A stretch of 64,000 nucleotides of DNA from contig CM082595.2 in NCBI GenBank assembly GCA_040954595.2, positions 4,738,137 to 4,802,136 on the forward strand, in the 5' to 3' direction. Under the pieces are notes generated by a model. That model made no database searches. It had not been told where the DNA came from and saw nothing but the letters and a program-made list of their open reading frames with translations. Positions 37,317 to 51,500 of this stretch are shown here, in pieces. The stretch's first letter is position 1. Each line of letters opens with the position of its first letter. The position numbers and the translations under genes were made by a program. The DNA is from Balanoglossus misakiensis. Its lineage: Eukaryota > Animalia > Hemichordata.

Positions 37317-40300
37317 AAAAAATCACAGAATCCTAAGTCTAGAACAAACGTTTATCACCTATTGGGCACTCTCATTGGATGATCAATGAACCCACAGCGC
37401 CCTCTTGAAGATTCTCAGGCCATATATGGCCATGCAGTTGTTTGATGAGCTCAGTTCTTTCAGTGACCGTCTTCTACAAAATAGACATGTTACCAAAATG
37501 ACTTAAGGACTGCCTTTATGTTTTTTTCTGTGATAATCGGAGAATTCGCCTTGAATATTTCCGTTACCACTGATCACATAAAATCATACACGGTTTGAAA
37601 TTGTTCCTTTGGCTATAATTTACCTTTCTGCCCCTGCACGCTTGAATTTATGAACCGCGACCACTATCCAGAACATTAAGTTGACCAAAATCACAGAGGG
37701 GCATTATTATAAGGATATTATGATGTCTGGTTAATGATGTACGCGTATTACCGGTATATAGCCGCAAATTTTGTCTTTTCCCATAAGATTACAATGACTA
37801 GAAAAACTCACTTCCACTATCCACATTTTCTTGAGGTTTTACACAAAGCCTAGTCACAAGAAATTAGATTTGAAGTTTTTTCATCATCCATGGCCTTATA
37901 TTTCATAAAGTAATACGGTCACTGTTATTATAATACATTGGTGGTCTGGGTAGTTTTCCATTAAACAGGATGTGAGTTGATGGTGGTTCCAGGGATGGAT
38001 TTATTTTGTGGTGACATTTGGAAGGTTTCGCTGATCGTTTGGTTATTAGCAGCTTTTGAACTATCTACATTATCGGTAATCTTTTTCCTGTTAAGCACCG
38101 ATTACAACGCTTGGCTATGTGAAAGAGGATTGTGACGTGGTCTAGTCTGGTTGCCGTCTTGATGGAACTTGTCAGCCTTGGCCGTTCTATATCTCGCTGC
38201 GGTAACATCAAGGAAGGGTGACATGAAAAACAAACTAAGCTGGACTGACTGACAAGGTATTCAAAAATCTGCTCCAACAAACCGCGCATATTCAGTCACC
38301 ACTAAAACAAGTCAAGCTATCAAAACATATCTGGTGGATTAACGATACCAATCAGACGCAAAATATAAACTGTTAGTTCAATACTTAAAGCAATAACAGG
38401 TGAAAATTTCAGTCAACATTGGCGTGTTTTGATTTTCTCTGAGAATATGACAGCTGATACCATGTGTTTAGGTCTTTTGGCTTCACATCAACAGACATTA
38501 CATGGTATACCCACTTAATACTGTCGGTTGACTGTGTGCTTTACATCCAGACAGGTCAACCGGAACTCAAATAACAACACATAATTTTCAAATTAGAAAG
38601 CTATAACACTTCGAGTTCCCGCTGCGCAGGGAGACGTAAGACAGAAACATCTGTGAGCAATCAAATCAAAGACGGACTATTCGTCTGAGCAACGGATTAC
38701 TTAATTCGAACCACTAATAATGCAGTTGTTACCAGAGGTTAAACCTGGATTTTGTGCTTATCGGCGAGCAATTCACTAGCTATAAGTAAATTGTAGACAT
38801 GGTTGCAACTTATGGGCGACGCATTCTAATGAAGTCAAAAGAAGCTGTATACTTTCTCTGACTGGTCTTAGAGGAATACTGTGCCACAAAGTCACAGTCG
38901 TTGTCTGGCTTTTTATTCCTGGAAAATGTAAATTGAACATACGCCGGTTGTGATTTTTCAGATGTCAGTAACAGTCACACTATGGAAGAGCAAAGTTGTT
39001 GAAGACAGTTATGTTCTTTCGGAGTACATACAATGTTGTAAAAGGTCACGATCATGATTCGAGATATCATTCATAACTGCTCTTTGTTAATCATGAATAC
39101 TGTTTAATTTACAAGTCACATACAGATTATCAACTTGTGTTTTAGGGAACTCAAACTCGGACCTGTACTCTACCAATTGTCATCTCCAAAAAATGTTTGT
39201 TTAATAACCGAGTGCATGCTCTTGCATGGAAAAGATTAATCCTGTTGTACGTTTTCTGGAATAATTTATCAATTGCCGAAATTGCTTTTCGTCATTGGGA
39301 TCAGTAAGACATTTCTGCAAATCTTGGTATACCTCACCTTTAAAGTTATTGATATCGAATATATCAAATATGACATAATTAAAGATGCAGAGCAGTAAAA
39401 TTTAGATTTGGCCGAAGTTTTGGGGGCTTCTGAAATAGACTTGTCGAAATTCTAATGACATATACGTGTGTAAGAGACACGCATCGAATATATAGGTCTG
39501 ACAAACTCCGGATATTAAAACGTCTGCAAATTTGACAAAGTTAGTCACTGGGGCGACGGAGTTATATAAGCCCTTGATTGCAATGGAACTTCATAAGGCA
39601 GGATATACAAGTCGATTACTCGCAACTCAGATGCCTATGTAAATGTATTCCAGATACCGAAAATAGAATCAGTGTGACAGACATGAAATGTCCTTCTAGT
39701 CAATTGATGTTTATCAATGCTTTCGGGTCGTCAGTGTATAGGCAGAATTGTCAGCTGGCTGATGTAAAACGTCACCGTGTAATTTTGACAGCTAGGTCAA
39801 ACTTCATAACTCTGGAAAATTCCCTTTTACCAAAATGCATTATCAAATAATTTTGTGGCAAACACTGACGATTGAGATGTTCGTCACATTGCTGGCCCGG
39901 GTAGGCAGGCATCAGTTTATACGGTTACCTGCCTGTAGTCATGAAGGCAACTGATACGAGCCATATGGCGTACCTTATTTCAGTTGTTGTGTAAACATCT
40001 TCTGCAAACATCCATATTGTTTCGAGCATGGGACCATGCGTACAATTGAACTGGGTCAAACAGCTTGCAGCTGGCGTATGGACGACATGAAAAATGGGTC
40101 AAATTTCTGCAATTGTATGCAGTGATTTCTTGCGATTAACACCAGTGACACAATTTAGCTTGAAAGATAAAAGATGGTAAAAAACAGTTAAGATTTTTCT
40201 TGTCACGGAAGCGTCACGTTTCCTATGTAGACACAACCCTGTTCAGAGTATATTTGAATAATAGTTTGGTCAAAATGATCATCGATGGTACATTGTATCA

Positions 40301-43300
40301 CTAACGACTTTTGTGAGTCTCCAGTCATCCCTGAATGTGCAAAACTGTTTCTGCAAATCTGCTAACCTTAAAGCTAACCCTGAAACTGAGCAGGCGGACA
40401 GGATTCTCAGAATGGTTTTAAAGTATTTCTCAGTTTGCAGTATTCCTGATTTTAATGCTTGCCAAATCTCCATCTAGATCTCCCGCAGGCCTACGCCAGG
40501 TAAAGTTATACGCTGTCCCGTATCCTGACAGGCCGCATAAATTATTGTCTGACGGCATCCTGAGTATGTCGCGCGCGTTCTGACAGTAAAATCAGACATC
40601 AATATGTTAAACCACAATGAAGTGTGAGTCACTCTTCAAAAGAGATTAGATAACTGTTTCCATTTAGTAATCTCAAGTCCCTTTAATAACAACAGATCTT
40701 AACAAGAGGGAATTAATGAGTTGAACACGTGCCCTCCAAATTTCGCCAGTCTTTGAGCTGATGTTTGTGTGTAGCGTTTGCGTCCAGCATATTTATATGT
40801 CTTGTGTGTGTTTGTTTACTTTATACTTTTAGCCGTGCATAATTCCAAAATTGTCCATAGAATGGATTTCAGTTTAGGGGTATGGATATTATTCAAGGTT
40901 CCTTATCATAATTATTCATTGCTTCGTAGTCTGTTGTTCGTCATTAGTTGCATAGAACATCGACTTATGCAAATGCATCACAAGCAGACATCATGCTAAA
41001 TATGATAACATAATTTTCGAGAGCCATAAATGATATCAACAAAGTCTTTGCTGATGTCAAAAAATGCCCTTGCCCCTTAAAACTGTGTTAAAAGCAATAA
41101 ACTGTCGCAGCTTTGTCGATTTGTGGCAATAAACACTGAATTTTATTCCAGCGATAGAATTTCCCCTCGTTATTTTAATAGGCCGCATGATATGTGCCGA
41201 GTCGAAAGACCCATGAACTGATGTGGGGGATAACACTAATTTGTTAACTGACCTATCCTGTTTCAGGAATGTTGTAACTTGTACGCCGTAAAGATCTACA
41301 ACGTATCGCTGTTACAGTTCAAATGACATGTCGAATTTTATGTTTTATATTTGAAGATCAGGAATGGACTTCGGTTACTTTGCATCTTATCGTATCGTAT
41401 TGGGTTTTAGTGTGATTACGACAGAGATTATTTGGCTACGCTGTTTTTATTTTGCGTAGATATTTTAATGAACAGTGGAAAATTGAGAAGACTCTTCGGC
41501 TGACTTTTCGCCATTGAATAGCTTCTTACACACGTATTGTGAGAAACTTTTTCACCCTCTTCTGTAAACAGAATCTTTCCAAGAAATGTTACAATGGTTG
41601 CTCAGAACCTGCAGGCTTGCATTATTTTTGCATGACAGTATTCCGCTAATAGCATTCAAGTGTCATGACAATGCAACAGAGTGAACAATACACCAGTTAG
41701 GTAATTTTGAAGACTGACTAAGAAACATCCCTTATTTTCTAACTTTATCGTCAAGGGAAGGAACATCCGTACCAGCACAGTGCGCATGCGTCGTACGTTA
41801 CTCCTGCTGATAATTTTTAAATAGCACATTCGCGCATCCCCCAATTTGAGGAAAGCATGATACACAATTCATAGACATCTATGAAAATATAGCAATTTGT
41901 TGAGCTTATAGTTGGAAATGTTTTGATACACGCCATTGCAAGATTCAAACCAAAAAACTTGTGACATAGGTTTTGCAACCTACCGCGCCACTGTGTGTCT
42001 ATGAATTGAAGTGACAGAGATAAATGCGACAGGTCTAATCGCACCAGTCACCAATCTCTTTTCACCAGTTGCCTCATCTGTGACAGAATCGATCAGATCT
42101 ACAAGAACACCACAAATCACAACCATACGCTCCTTTCAGATTGCTCTATCTTCACTTTCCCCTAGTCCCCCTTACGGCATTCAAGACAGACCGCGCGTCA
42201 ACACAATTGTACTATGACACCGCCAAGGGCTGTGCACACCCAAACAGTAGGCAATATACTGACAACTAAATGTATGTACAATCAGTCACTTCTGTAAGCA
42301 TCCGACACCTCAGCAAATAGACCTGACCGAGATAAGACTTTCTCCTCAGAATAATTAACATCGTATCACGCCGGATATCATTGCCTGTTTAACGCACAAA
42401 GAATCGCCATGCCTCGTGGCAACGTTTTTTGCACCAGGATTCTTTCCTTCATCAAATCATTCCCTGAAACTCTGCTATTTTCCAGCTAATGATAACTGAA
42501 GGAAATGCAAAATCCTGCTTATCGTCTGCTGCATGTATTCCCCCTTGGGGTAATTTATATAGTAACTTTATCAACTTTCAAAGCTGTCATGAAGAAACAA
42601 TGGACTTTGTCCGCAGAACATATGCTGGACACGGGGATCAAACCAGTATAAAAGCTATACTTGTAAATGTTAATTTCCTAGCAATGTGAAATGTCGAGTT
42701 TCAACAGTCCCTCTGTCGCCAGCTGTCACGGAAATGATATTATCGGCATGAAATAGACCATCAACATTTATTGAAAGACTGTACATCTCTTCTGTCGGAA
42801 ATAATGAATCATTAGGGGATTGACGTAACTATATCGAAGGTTCCGTTTTCTTCCGTACAATAAACTTACACTATCAGGGCCTAACATTTAACCTTTAAAA
42901 TGATCCATGGAGAACTGTAACGAGACTTTTTACCACTGTGTCGTTTGCTGTTACGAGCGGAATTTTTGAGCTGTTTTTTGCAGCCAGCTGCATGTTGATG
43001 CATTCATCTACCGGAGTCACCCATACGCTTATCGATTCAGTGGAGTAAAAAGAAATTAAGTCATGATGGTACCCTTAAACTGCGCGGTGATAAGTCCCAC
43101 TTTATGGGTGTAGACAAAATCTCTCCAGTGAGAGATTACGGCATCATGGAGTTATAGCAAATAGTAACAAAACGCTGTGGTGGCTGTATACAACCCTCTC
43201 CTGACACTTAAGGGCACAAATCATATGCTTCCTAATTAAGCTGCCTGTAATGGAAGGCCCACAGTCCGATTCCCCTAATTCAGAGAGTTTGTTCATTCAG

Positions 43301-46300
43301 CTTCTCGCAAAGAGTTCAAACGCCGGTTGGAAAGGCCGGGCAAATTTCTGATGTAATGCCTTCACCGAGCATCTATTTTAAACGGGAATAGCTGTGGAAT
43401 TGATGGAACGCGTTTCTTTTCAAGCAGCACGTTTCTCCAGTAAAGGAACGAGAACTAGCGTAATGATCAATGAATGCTTCTTTCTGAAGAAACGTGGAAT
43501 GCCACTTTGAGATGATTGTTGGCAGGCGATTGCATTCTTGCAAAGTAGGACACTTTGTGGACGGCAGCTTGCTTTTTCAACGGCATAAATTGATGTTCTC
43601 TGCTGGGAAGGAAGTGTAGCCTGTAATTCACAGGCTTTAGAAGGTGTGGTGAGGCCTACATCGGGGGTCACATTTAGGTTAGGGGAATCTTCAGTACGTT
43701 AGTGATGGTGGGCCGAAAGGTACATGTATGTGTAGGATGCGTACATGACATAAAAGTAATAAGGTGCTAGGAATGGCTGTTTTCAAGTTGATTGGACAGA
43801 AAGGGTTTCTCGACTGTTGTGAGTTCAGAATGGATACTTAAGTTTTAGTCCTAACAGACAGAAAGCCAAATCCTTTCATCTAAATGTGCTCTCACTGGCG
43901 TGTGAATTACAATTTTTTCTCTCTGATTCTTGGTGGTTGGCTGTGGTTGCTGATTGGCGTTGCCATAGTTTGTTAGCATTCACAATCGATCTTGATGAGC
44001 GTCCCGTGTCTGCGGATGTGGGGGCGAAACGTGACACGGAATGGGCCAACCGGCTCTGCAGTAGCCGGTGAAAAAATATGTCATTCCCGGATTGGATGCC
44101 GGTCGAGGATTTGATCTCCTCTTGGAAGCGATTTCAGCTGAGACAACAAGACCGCGGATGAGTGAGACGCTGTAAATTTTCATCTCGCTTCTCAAGAACA
44201 TTCCATCACGCTTGAGAATGTGACACAAATCCTTCCGCAGCAAATCCGCCCGTTGTTACCGTTTTTACAATCGCAATTTATTCTCGGCTTAGTTTAATGC
44301 GCAGTCACCTGATCTTAGCTCGTGTAATCGGTAACACATTATTTATCATGACACCCCTGTTCACGATGAACCATAAGTTCAAACTCCATTCCTTCGCACG
44401 CAAAAATATGCACGATTACCTCTAATGCATGGGAAAGGATACAACCTTCACCTTGTCTTCTTTTTGTCACATACTTGTGTTTAATATTATATTAAATTCT
44501 GTCTGCATAAGTAACTATAGGACAGTATAAGATCTAGACAATTTTACTCATCACTGAGACGGACAAAATGCTAAAATAGTGCGTCTTCAACCATCTCGCA
44601 GCCCTAGATATTTGCTAAGTGTATTGCTCAGCTTTTAGGAGGCAATATTGCCTTTCCAATCAATGCCACTTCTAGGTTTCTACGTTGAAAATTGCGTGAA
44701 TCATCGCCAAACAGGTCTAATTGTGCTTTCCTTATTGTTCAGAACACACATCCTGTACGACGCTAATTTACTCTCAGAGAGCAATAACTCGAATGCAAGG
44801 CTTACGGTTTGTGATTACGTCTGTGCATGTATAACCATATCTTTGAGTTCCTTGTAATTTGCTAGTTGATATTAGTCTTTTGAAATACACAGCCCCTCTT
44901 GAGTGAAGTGATGTATTTTACTACATATAAGCTTATAATCCGTGCAAGGAGGGGGAAAATCCTAAATGAGAAGGGTCAGTGCTCCATTAAATATTTACAG
45001 AGTTCGTATTACTTAAATTATATATGGCAATATTTGTTTCTCAATCATCGACTGAAATCCTATCTACGTTTATATTTGGCCACTGTCAGCGTGGCACGAG
45101 GTAACTATTGAATGTGCCGTGTGCATTACAGGTTAGATTGCCTTCTCGGAGCAGACGGAATGGGGTAAACATTTACATCAGAGTCTCATTTCCAAAAGTT
45201 CTCTCCGCCAGCCCCGGGGAGACCATTGAGGCCTACCGGATTATTTTAAAGCTAATAATAGCTTATTTTTATCCGGAGGAAATTGATCTGTGTGACATCG
45301 GCCGATGGTGAAAAGGCTACATAATTAGAACCGTATAATCAGGTATCATGCAGATTACCAGTAATTGATTAAACCCTGGCCTATCTGTCAATAACAGATT
45401 ACAAAATATATCCGTGTGCCTTCCCTGTTGCGTTGGTTATTAGGGAATCGCGTGTTTGTTTCCTCTACACGTGGGGAGTATACTTGAAATCATATTTCAG
45501 CAAATTGGCAACATCGCCGTGGCATGAAGTGAACTGAGGGAGAGTTGTGATTCGAATTACAACAAGCAGATGTAAAGGGTTAGGTGTCGTGGTTTTCTAT
45601 TGCATTGCCCGTGTATCGTTCAGCGGTCAACGTTGTCCGAGCCTTGGGAGTGTGTCAATCTTGAACCTTGACTTCATATACCGGTAACATGCACAAAGTT
45701 GATGATACAGTGTATTTTCCGACCATGGGACATTAAAGTGTGCGATAGGTATTCGTATGCGAATGCAATAAGAAATGGAATATATTTACGCATTGATTAA
45801 GACATGCATGGTCGCCCAAGCAATAGACAAAGCGTGCACTACATTTTCATGTGAACAAGTGTTTGCGGCAAACAATTACAACACATTAAACACATAGACA
45901 ACGTGCACTCTGTTTCAGTTTAGATTATTTTAGAGAATCTTAGTTAGGTAATTTATCATTGCAAAGACAAACTTGTGGGATTGCTTTAGGAAGTCTTAGT
46001 TACTTTTTGTTTACCACTATCGCAAAAGGGTAAATGTAGTCGCAATGATGTAAACGATTAGACCTCTTACTTTGAAAAGCCAAGGAATTATAAGAGAAAA
46101 GGAAATAGCATTGATGAGACTGCAGGAAAACAGCAAGTAAGTGGGAAGTCAGAGAATTTAGAAAAATATGCTGGAAGGCAAATTACATTTTATGGGTTTC
46201 TGATTCCAGTTTTTTATGAAAAATCCGTTTTTATCTGCATAGTCGGTATGATTCAATCAGTATATTACGATATGCCTTGGGTGCTTACTTAGTATTAGTA

Positions 46301-48409
46301 TTATTCTGCGAGAAAGTCAGCTTAAGAATATTTACGTCATTGCGTTAAGCAGATAATGGTTTGAAGTTTTGATCTTTATACTTTAAGTACTAGTATTAGT
46401 CTTGTTCTACATATTTGATATCGCATTGCCTTCCTGCTAATTGTTTGCACTTTTTTACTTTTGATTCGAAAGTTAATCTGTCGTCAAACTAAACCGAAAG
46501 AAATATACTTGAGCAATTGCAAGGAACATTCAGCAGATATTGTCCCGTTTTGAGAATAGCAATATTCCAGTTTCACGCTATTACTCTGTGGAAGAAACTA
46601 TCATTATGTCTGTAAACAGTGTAGTGAAATCATTTGAATGCCACTCAGTCAGAAATGATCCAAATAAAATGTTGTGGCAGAATAAATTGTTTTAACGTGC
46701 GTTTTGATTTGCGTGTGACTGTTCAAAGACCTGAGTCAGATCTCCGTTAACATTTCACCTCATCATCTGGACAAGTTGTTGAGTTTCGACACTGTGGGCA
46801 TTATCGAAGCCAGGGATTAACTAGGGCCAAGCCGATGCATGCAAGAATCATTAGTCCCACATCTCCTTGAAACCTGTGCATTTACGTTCGACATGGTCGA
46901 CGTATCTTTGTCAGGATTACGTTGACGGCATGGTAATATTCACTAATGTTCACCAGTGCATTTCAAACCTAAGCTTTTTGATACTTGTATTAGTTTGCGA
47001 TTCATTCCAAGTACTTTGTACTTACAAGGACGTTACCAGTCACGCACATGATGCCTCTTGGCTCGTGACGTGTTCGGTCAGCACGTTTCAGGAAAAAGAA
47101 CTCTACGGTATTTGAAGCTGACATGCGTTTCCTGTGGGTAGAGGCATAATTTCATCCATTTTCATTTACGTTTTGACTAGCGGCTGTGAGCTTCTTCAGA
47201 AATATACGTCTGTGTATATACCGATGGTCGATTTCCAAATGGGCACGTTCGCATTGTCGGCATGTTCAAAGTTCAGAGGACATTTTACTCTTTGCTCAGG
47301 AAAGAAAGCCACGCGCTTGGTCAACTTCAGCCCGGATGATTTATCCATAATGACTATCAATTATACTTCATCAAAACTACCAGACTGGCAAAGCTAACAG
47401 AGACACGACACCACACCTCAGGGCTGCGTTGTGAAATAGTCCTACATCAAAGGAAAATCACGCAATGTTCTGCTGACGGCTATTGGGAATGCGCTAATGA
47501 AATGTCTTTAACCCCATGCCAAGTTAAACGTTGTCAGTGCTGATTTTAAATAGGTATCGCGAATATGAAAAGGCTCTGTCGACGCCGTTTTCCTGTAAAC
47601 ACTGTATTGTCTTGTTTCTTGTTTTTTTTACCCATTCAGTTGCGATTCTCTCGCCACCGTAACAGTTTACTCGCATCGCGGTACTAGATTAAAAGAAAAT
47701 AAGACGCGCGTATACTCGGAGATAACAAGCCTGAAGCAATTGAGTTTTCTTATAGGCTTGTTAGATACACATAAGACACCGCCAGCCTTTCACTATACTG
47801 TCTTCAAAGTCGCGTGCAAGAAAAGACTCGATATTGCATACAACATCGAAATAAACGCAATAAGGTTTGGTGCACGGATGAAAGCCTAACAGACAATCGG
47901 AACGACACTTTAGTGGACTTATTAAGATTAGTTTCACAGGAGCGCTACATAATATGACATTGCGCCATTGCTATCAAGCCCCTTTAAAGTCAGTAAAATT
48001 ACATTTGGCTCCCTTGTCTTCGTAAGCATAATCGCCTATATAACAGCTGTCGTGGATGGAATGAACTCCTGCCTATCTTTTGCAAATCTTCATAGAAAGT
48101 GTTGTCACACAATTTGGAGTTGACAACATACATGTATCAAGCTTTATGGTGTGTGAGAGGTATCATATCAGTTTGTGAGCCTGAGATAATAGGAAACATA
48201 AAGACATTCTAGGATGCTTGTTTGTTATGCATGTACAACAGTGTCACTTGCCATCCACCGCAGTTGAAGTTCACCCAGTCGTTGCCCGTGAAGTTTGTTA
48301 TCACAGTGTATCAATACATAATAGTTGGTATATCACATCACCAGCTAAGGGCATCTGTTTGTGTGTGTGGGTGGCCAGGTTCAAGCACTTTCTTGTCAGT
48401 AGTCAGTCA

Positions 48410-48509
48410 AGTTTCATACAAATCTTGACATGTATTACTTGGCTACCAACCCATTGCTATGGTAATTAACCAAGCCTCGCGAGATCTCGCAGCGGAAAAT
48501 CATCTATTC
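48410..48509 (+). repeat. Dispersed repeat fragment, copy A
   Basis: AGTTTCATACAAATCTTGACATGTATTAC...CCCATTGCTATGGTAATTAACCAAGCCTCGCGAGATCTCG aligns with the reverse complement of 61192-61288. Confidence 0.75.
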
Positions 48510-51500
48510 CCCATTTTCAGCCAGCTTGAAAGGGACACTGCTTTTATGCAAAGCCATGTGTCCATTTTTAACATTGCAACTTAAGCGCGGTCTACACACT
48601 CGATATTTCAACACTTCTCTGGCAGGGCCTCATTAACACTGAAGGATTGTGAACTCGAATGTGAAGGCTGCACACTTGAGACTATGTCTTCCATATTTCA
48701 GCACTTCTGCAGTATTCAAGAGTCCCCGGGAATCATGCTTAATAGCTTCCCTTAAACAAGAGATCGCTTCCTCTTAAAATAGATCATAATGAGTCATCCA
48801 AAATGCTCATTTTAAGATCAATGTCAAGTGATAAGCCTATCATCGAGCAGATTATCTTTATATGTCTTGCAGACATCTTTCAGTGAACCTCTCTGGTGTG
48901 TTATTAATGAGGAACATTTGAAATCATAAAATGCTTTGTGAGGGACCACTGGACTTAACCTAAATGTAGGTTGACGGCTTCTGCACCAGACTGCTTGAAC
49001 TATGACATTTACACTTGAGATATTTGGGTCGTTGAAATTGCCCAAAAAGACGTTCATGTACTAGTAGGTCAGTAATACAGCCCGGTGTTGTTTCTTAAAA
49101 CGGTAGTGTTACTATAGCTGTGCACACAATAAAATATAGCATATATTCATTCATTTGTGACAAAGATAAGTAACAAACCCCTAGAGATAACAAGTTAAAT
49201 TACTGTGTGTTTTCTCTGCAATGAATTATGAGCAAACCTGGCCTTTTTTAATTGTCGTGGTACGTTTGAGTTTTGTCCCCTAAGACGTGCTACTAATGAC
49301 AAAAATAAACGGTAATTATGATAGTCAAATAATATTCCTTTGCTTTGAATAGTTCCGCTCACTGCACATTCTATTAAAATAGGGACAATAACATACATGT
49401 TTGTAAACATTTTTCAGGGGGGCTGTTGTTTCTAATTGGTCAATATAAACACTGTGATGATCTTGTGATGCTATAAAATGTGTGCTTTATTTTGCATTTA
49501 TGTAGAAAGCTGGACTTGACCTCTCTATACTGGTCAGATGATTGATGTTCTCTTAGTAATGATAAAATGAACAATATACACTATCAGTAATAACTTCTCA
49601 CTTTCCTTTGTAATGGCAAATCCCATGGGACAATGTATCATCATTATATACAATAAGAATCCCACTATTCTGTTTACGGTATACCTCTAACACACATCAA
49701 AATTGAGTTCAGTGTTGTTGATGTGAACATTCCAGTGTAATTCTAATGTAATTTGTCAATATCTGTCATAAACATTGAAGATGACTCAAAATAACTGATA
49801 CCCTCAAGAAATTGTGTTTATGAAGAATGGATAATGACTTAGCATTATGCTCTGTGTGGTTCTTTGCGTTCATGACGAGATAATTTGTAAATGCTGAGAA
49901 ATTATGTCAGGTCTTGCTCGTTCATGGCATTTAATTTGCCCACCAGCTCTGAACTTTCTGTGGTCACATCAGATCACACATAACCTTTACAGGTTTTTGC
50001 CTCATTAACACGAATGCAATTATCTTTCCCAGCAAGAGATAAAATTATGAGCACAGGCCTTTTTAGCAGATGTCATGGCTTCCCGTATGAAGTCATGGCT
50101 CATTTGCCGTGGCTGGGCTGAACGTCGTTTGTTTAATGGCTGCCTCCCTCCTTTGCCTAAGTGGGAGATACTCCACTTTTGCATACGCGACGAACGGTTC
50201 TGTCTGAAATAACACATTAACCGCCGCACAAATCGACTCACACCCACCTACAAGGTATCATCATATATGCCTTATCGGCTAGACCGCAATGCACAGGCCA
50301 GACTAATGACTCTTTTAGGTTGTAATTGACGGAATGTGTCTTATAAATCTATCCGCTCGTCAACACAGATAACAAGAAGAAGGATAGAAGTCACGACTGG
50401 TGCTCCTTTAGGAAGAAAAAATAACTTTTATTTCTGTTCAATGCGATCAATTTTCACGTCCTCCTTCCCTCATGTGCCGTACTGGGGACATTTGGTAACT
50501 GTTGCATAAAACTCTGGCCATATACCAAGAACAGTGCTGTGGGACAATTATTGACGAAATAAATACAATATTGTATCCGGAACATGAGATCATTAATGAC
50601 ATAATTATCTTTTACTGGTGCTAATTAAAGTGGTTTATTAGTTTTATGAAGAACATCTTTAACACATAAAATGTATATAAGTTTGCTGATTCCTTGCCCC
50701 TTTCTCACGGTTGTTAAACTTTATTTTAAAGGAAATGAATCGATATTGAGAGTTTAAGCACCTACTCTCAAATTTCTCCCAAATGCCAATGATGTAATAT
50801 TACCTGCAGACCAACAAATCGTTGTGTTTAAACATGGTAGTTGGGATTAAGGTCTAACTTTTCACACAGTTCCTTCTCACCGGAACATGCATGCAACTTT
50901 CGACGTTAACTAACTTAAAGGGTGGGTATACCATCACGCCTGTGGTTAAGGTATTGGGTCAATACGACACACTTGCTAGGAAGTCAAAGTAGGCACAAAT
51001 TGTAACTGCCGTGATACCAGTATCATATACAGATATCATGGTATTATATGATATTTTGTGAAGAAGTAAAGTCACTCTTTTACGTTTTTAAAAGATTAAT
51101 TGTCTGCTGTGTGATACAGGTAGAATACAGACCTTTACACTGAATTGATGATATAATATCACCCACAGGGTTGCATTTTTTACCATTGTCAACTTCTTGG
51201 GATGCATTTCTAGGCCTTAGTACAGAAATCTATTACAGGAAACATAAATTACAAAGCGATAAAGAAATCTTTCAGATTATAATTTAGATAATGTGAAGCT
51301 TTGGGGAATTGTCGCATTGTTGAAATCTGAGTGATGAGATTAACATCCCAATGGTAATTATTTGTGGACTATTTTATGACAGGCCATTAACTAATTGGTT
51401 TTTCTAATTTTCAAACTTCAACAAAAACCCAATTGTTATTTCTGTGAATTAAAGCAGCACAAGGACGTGGCTATGTTGCCAGGGGCTACATATTTCGCAT

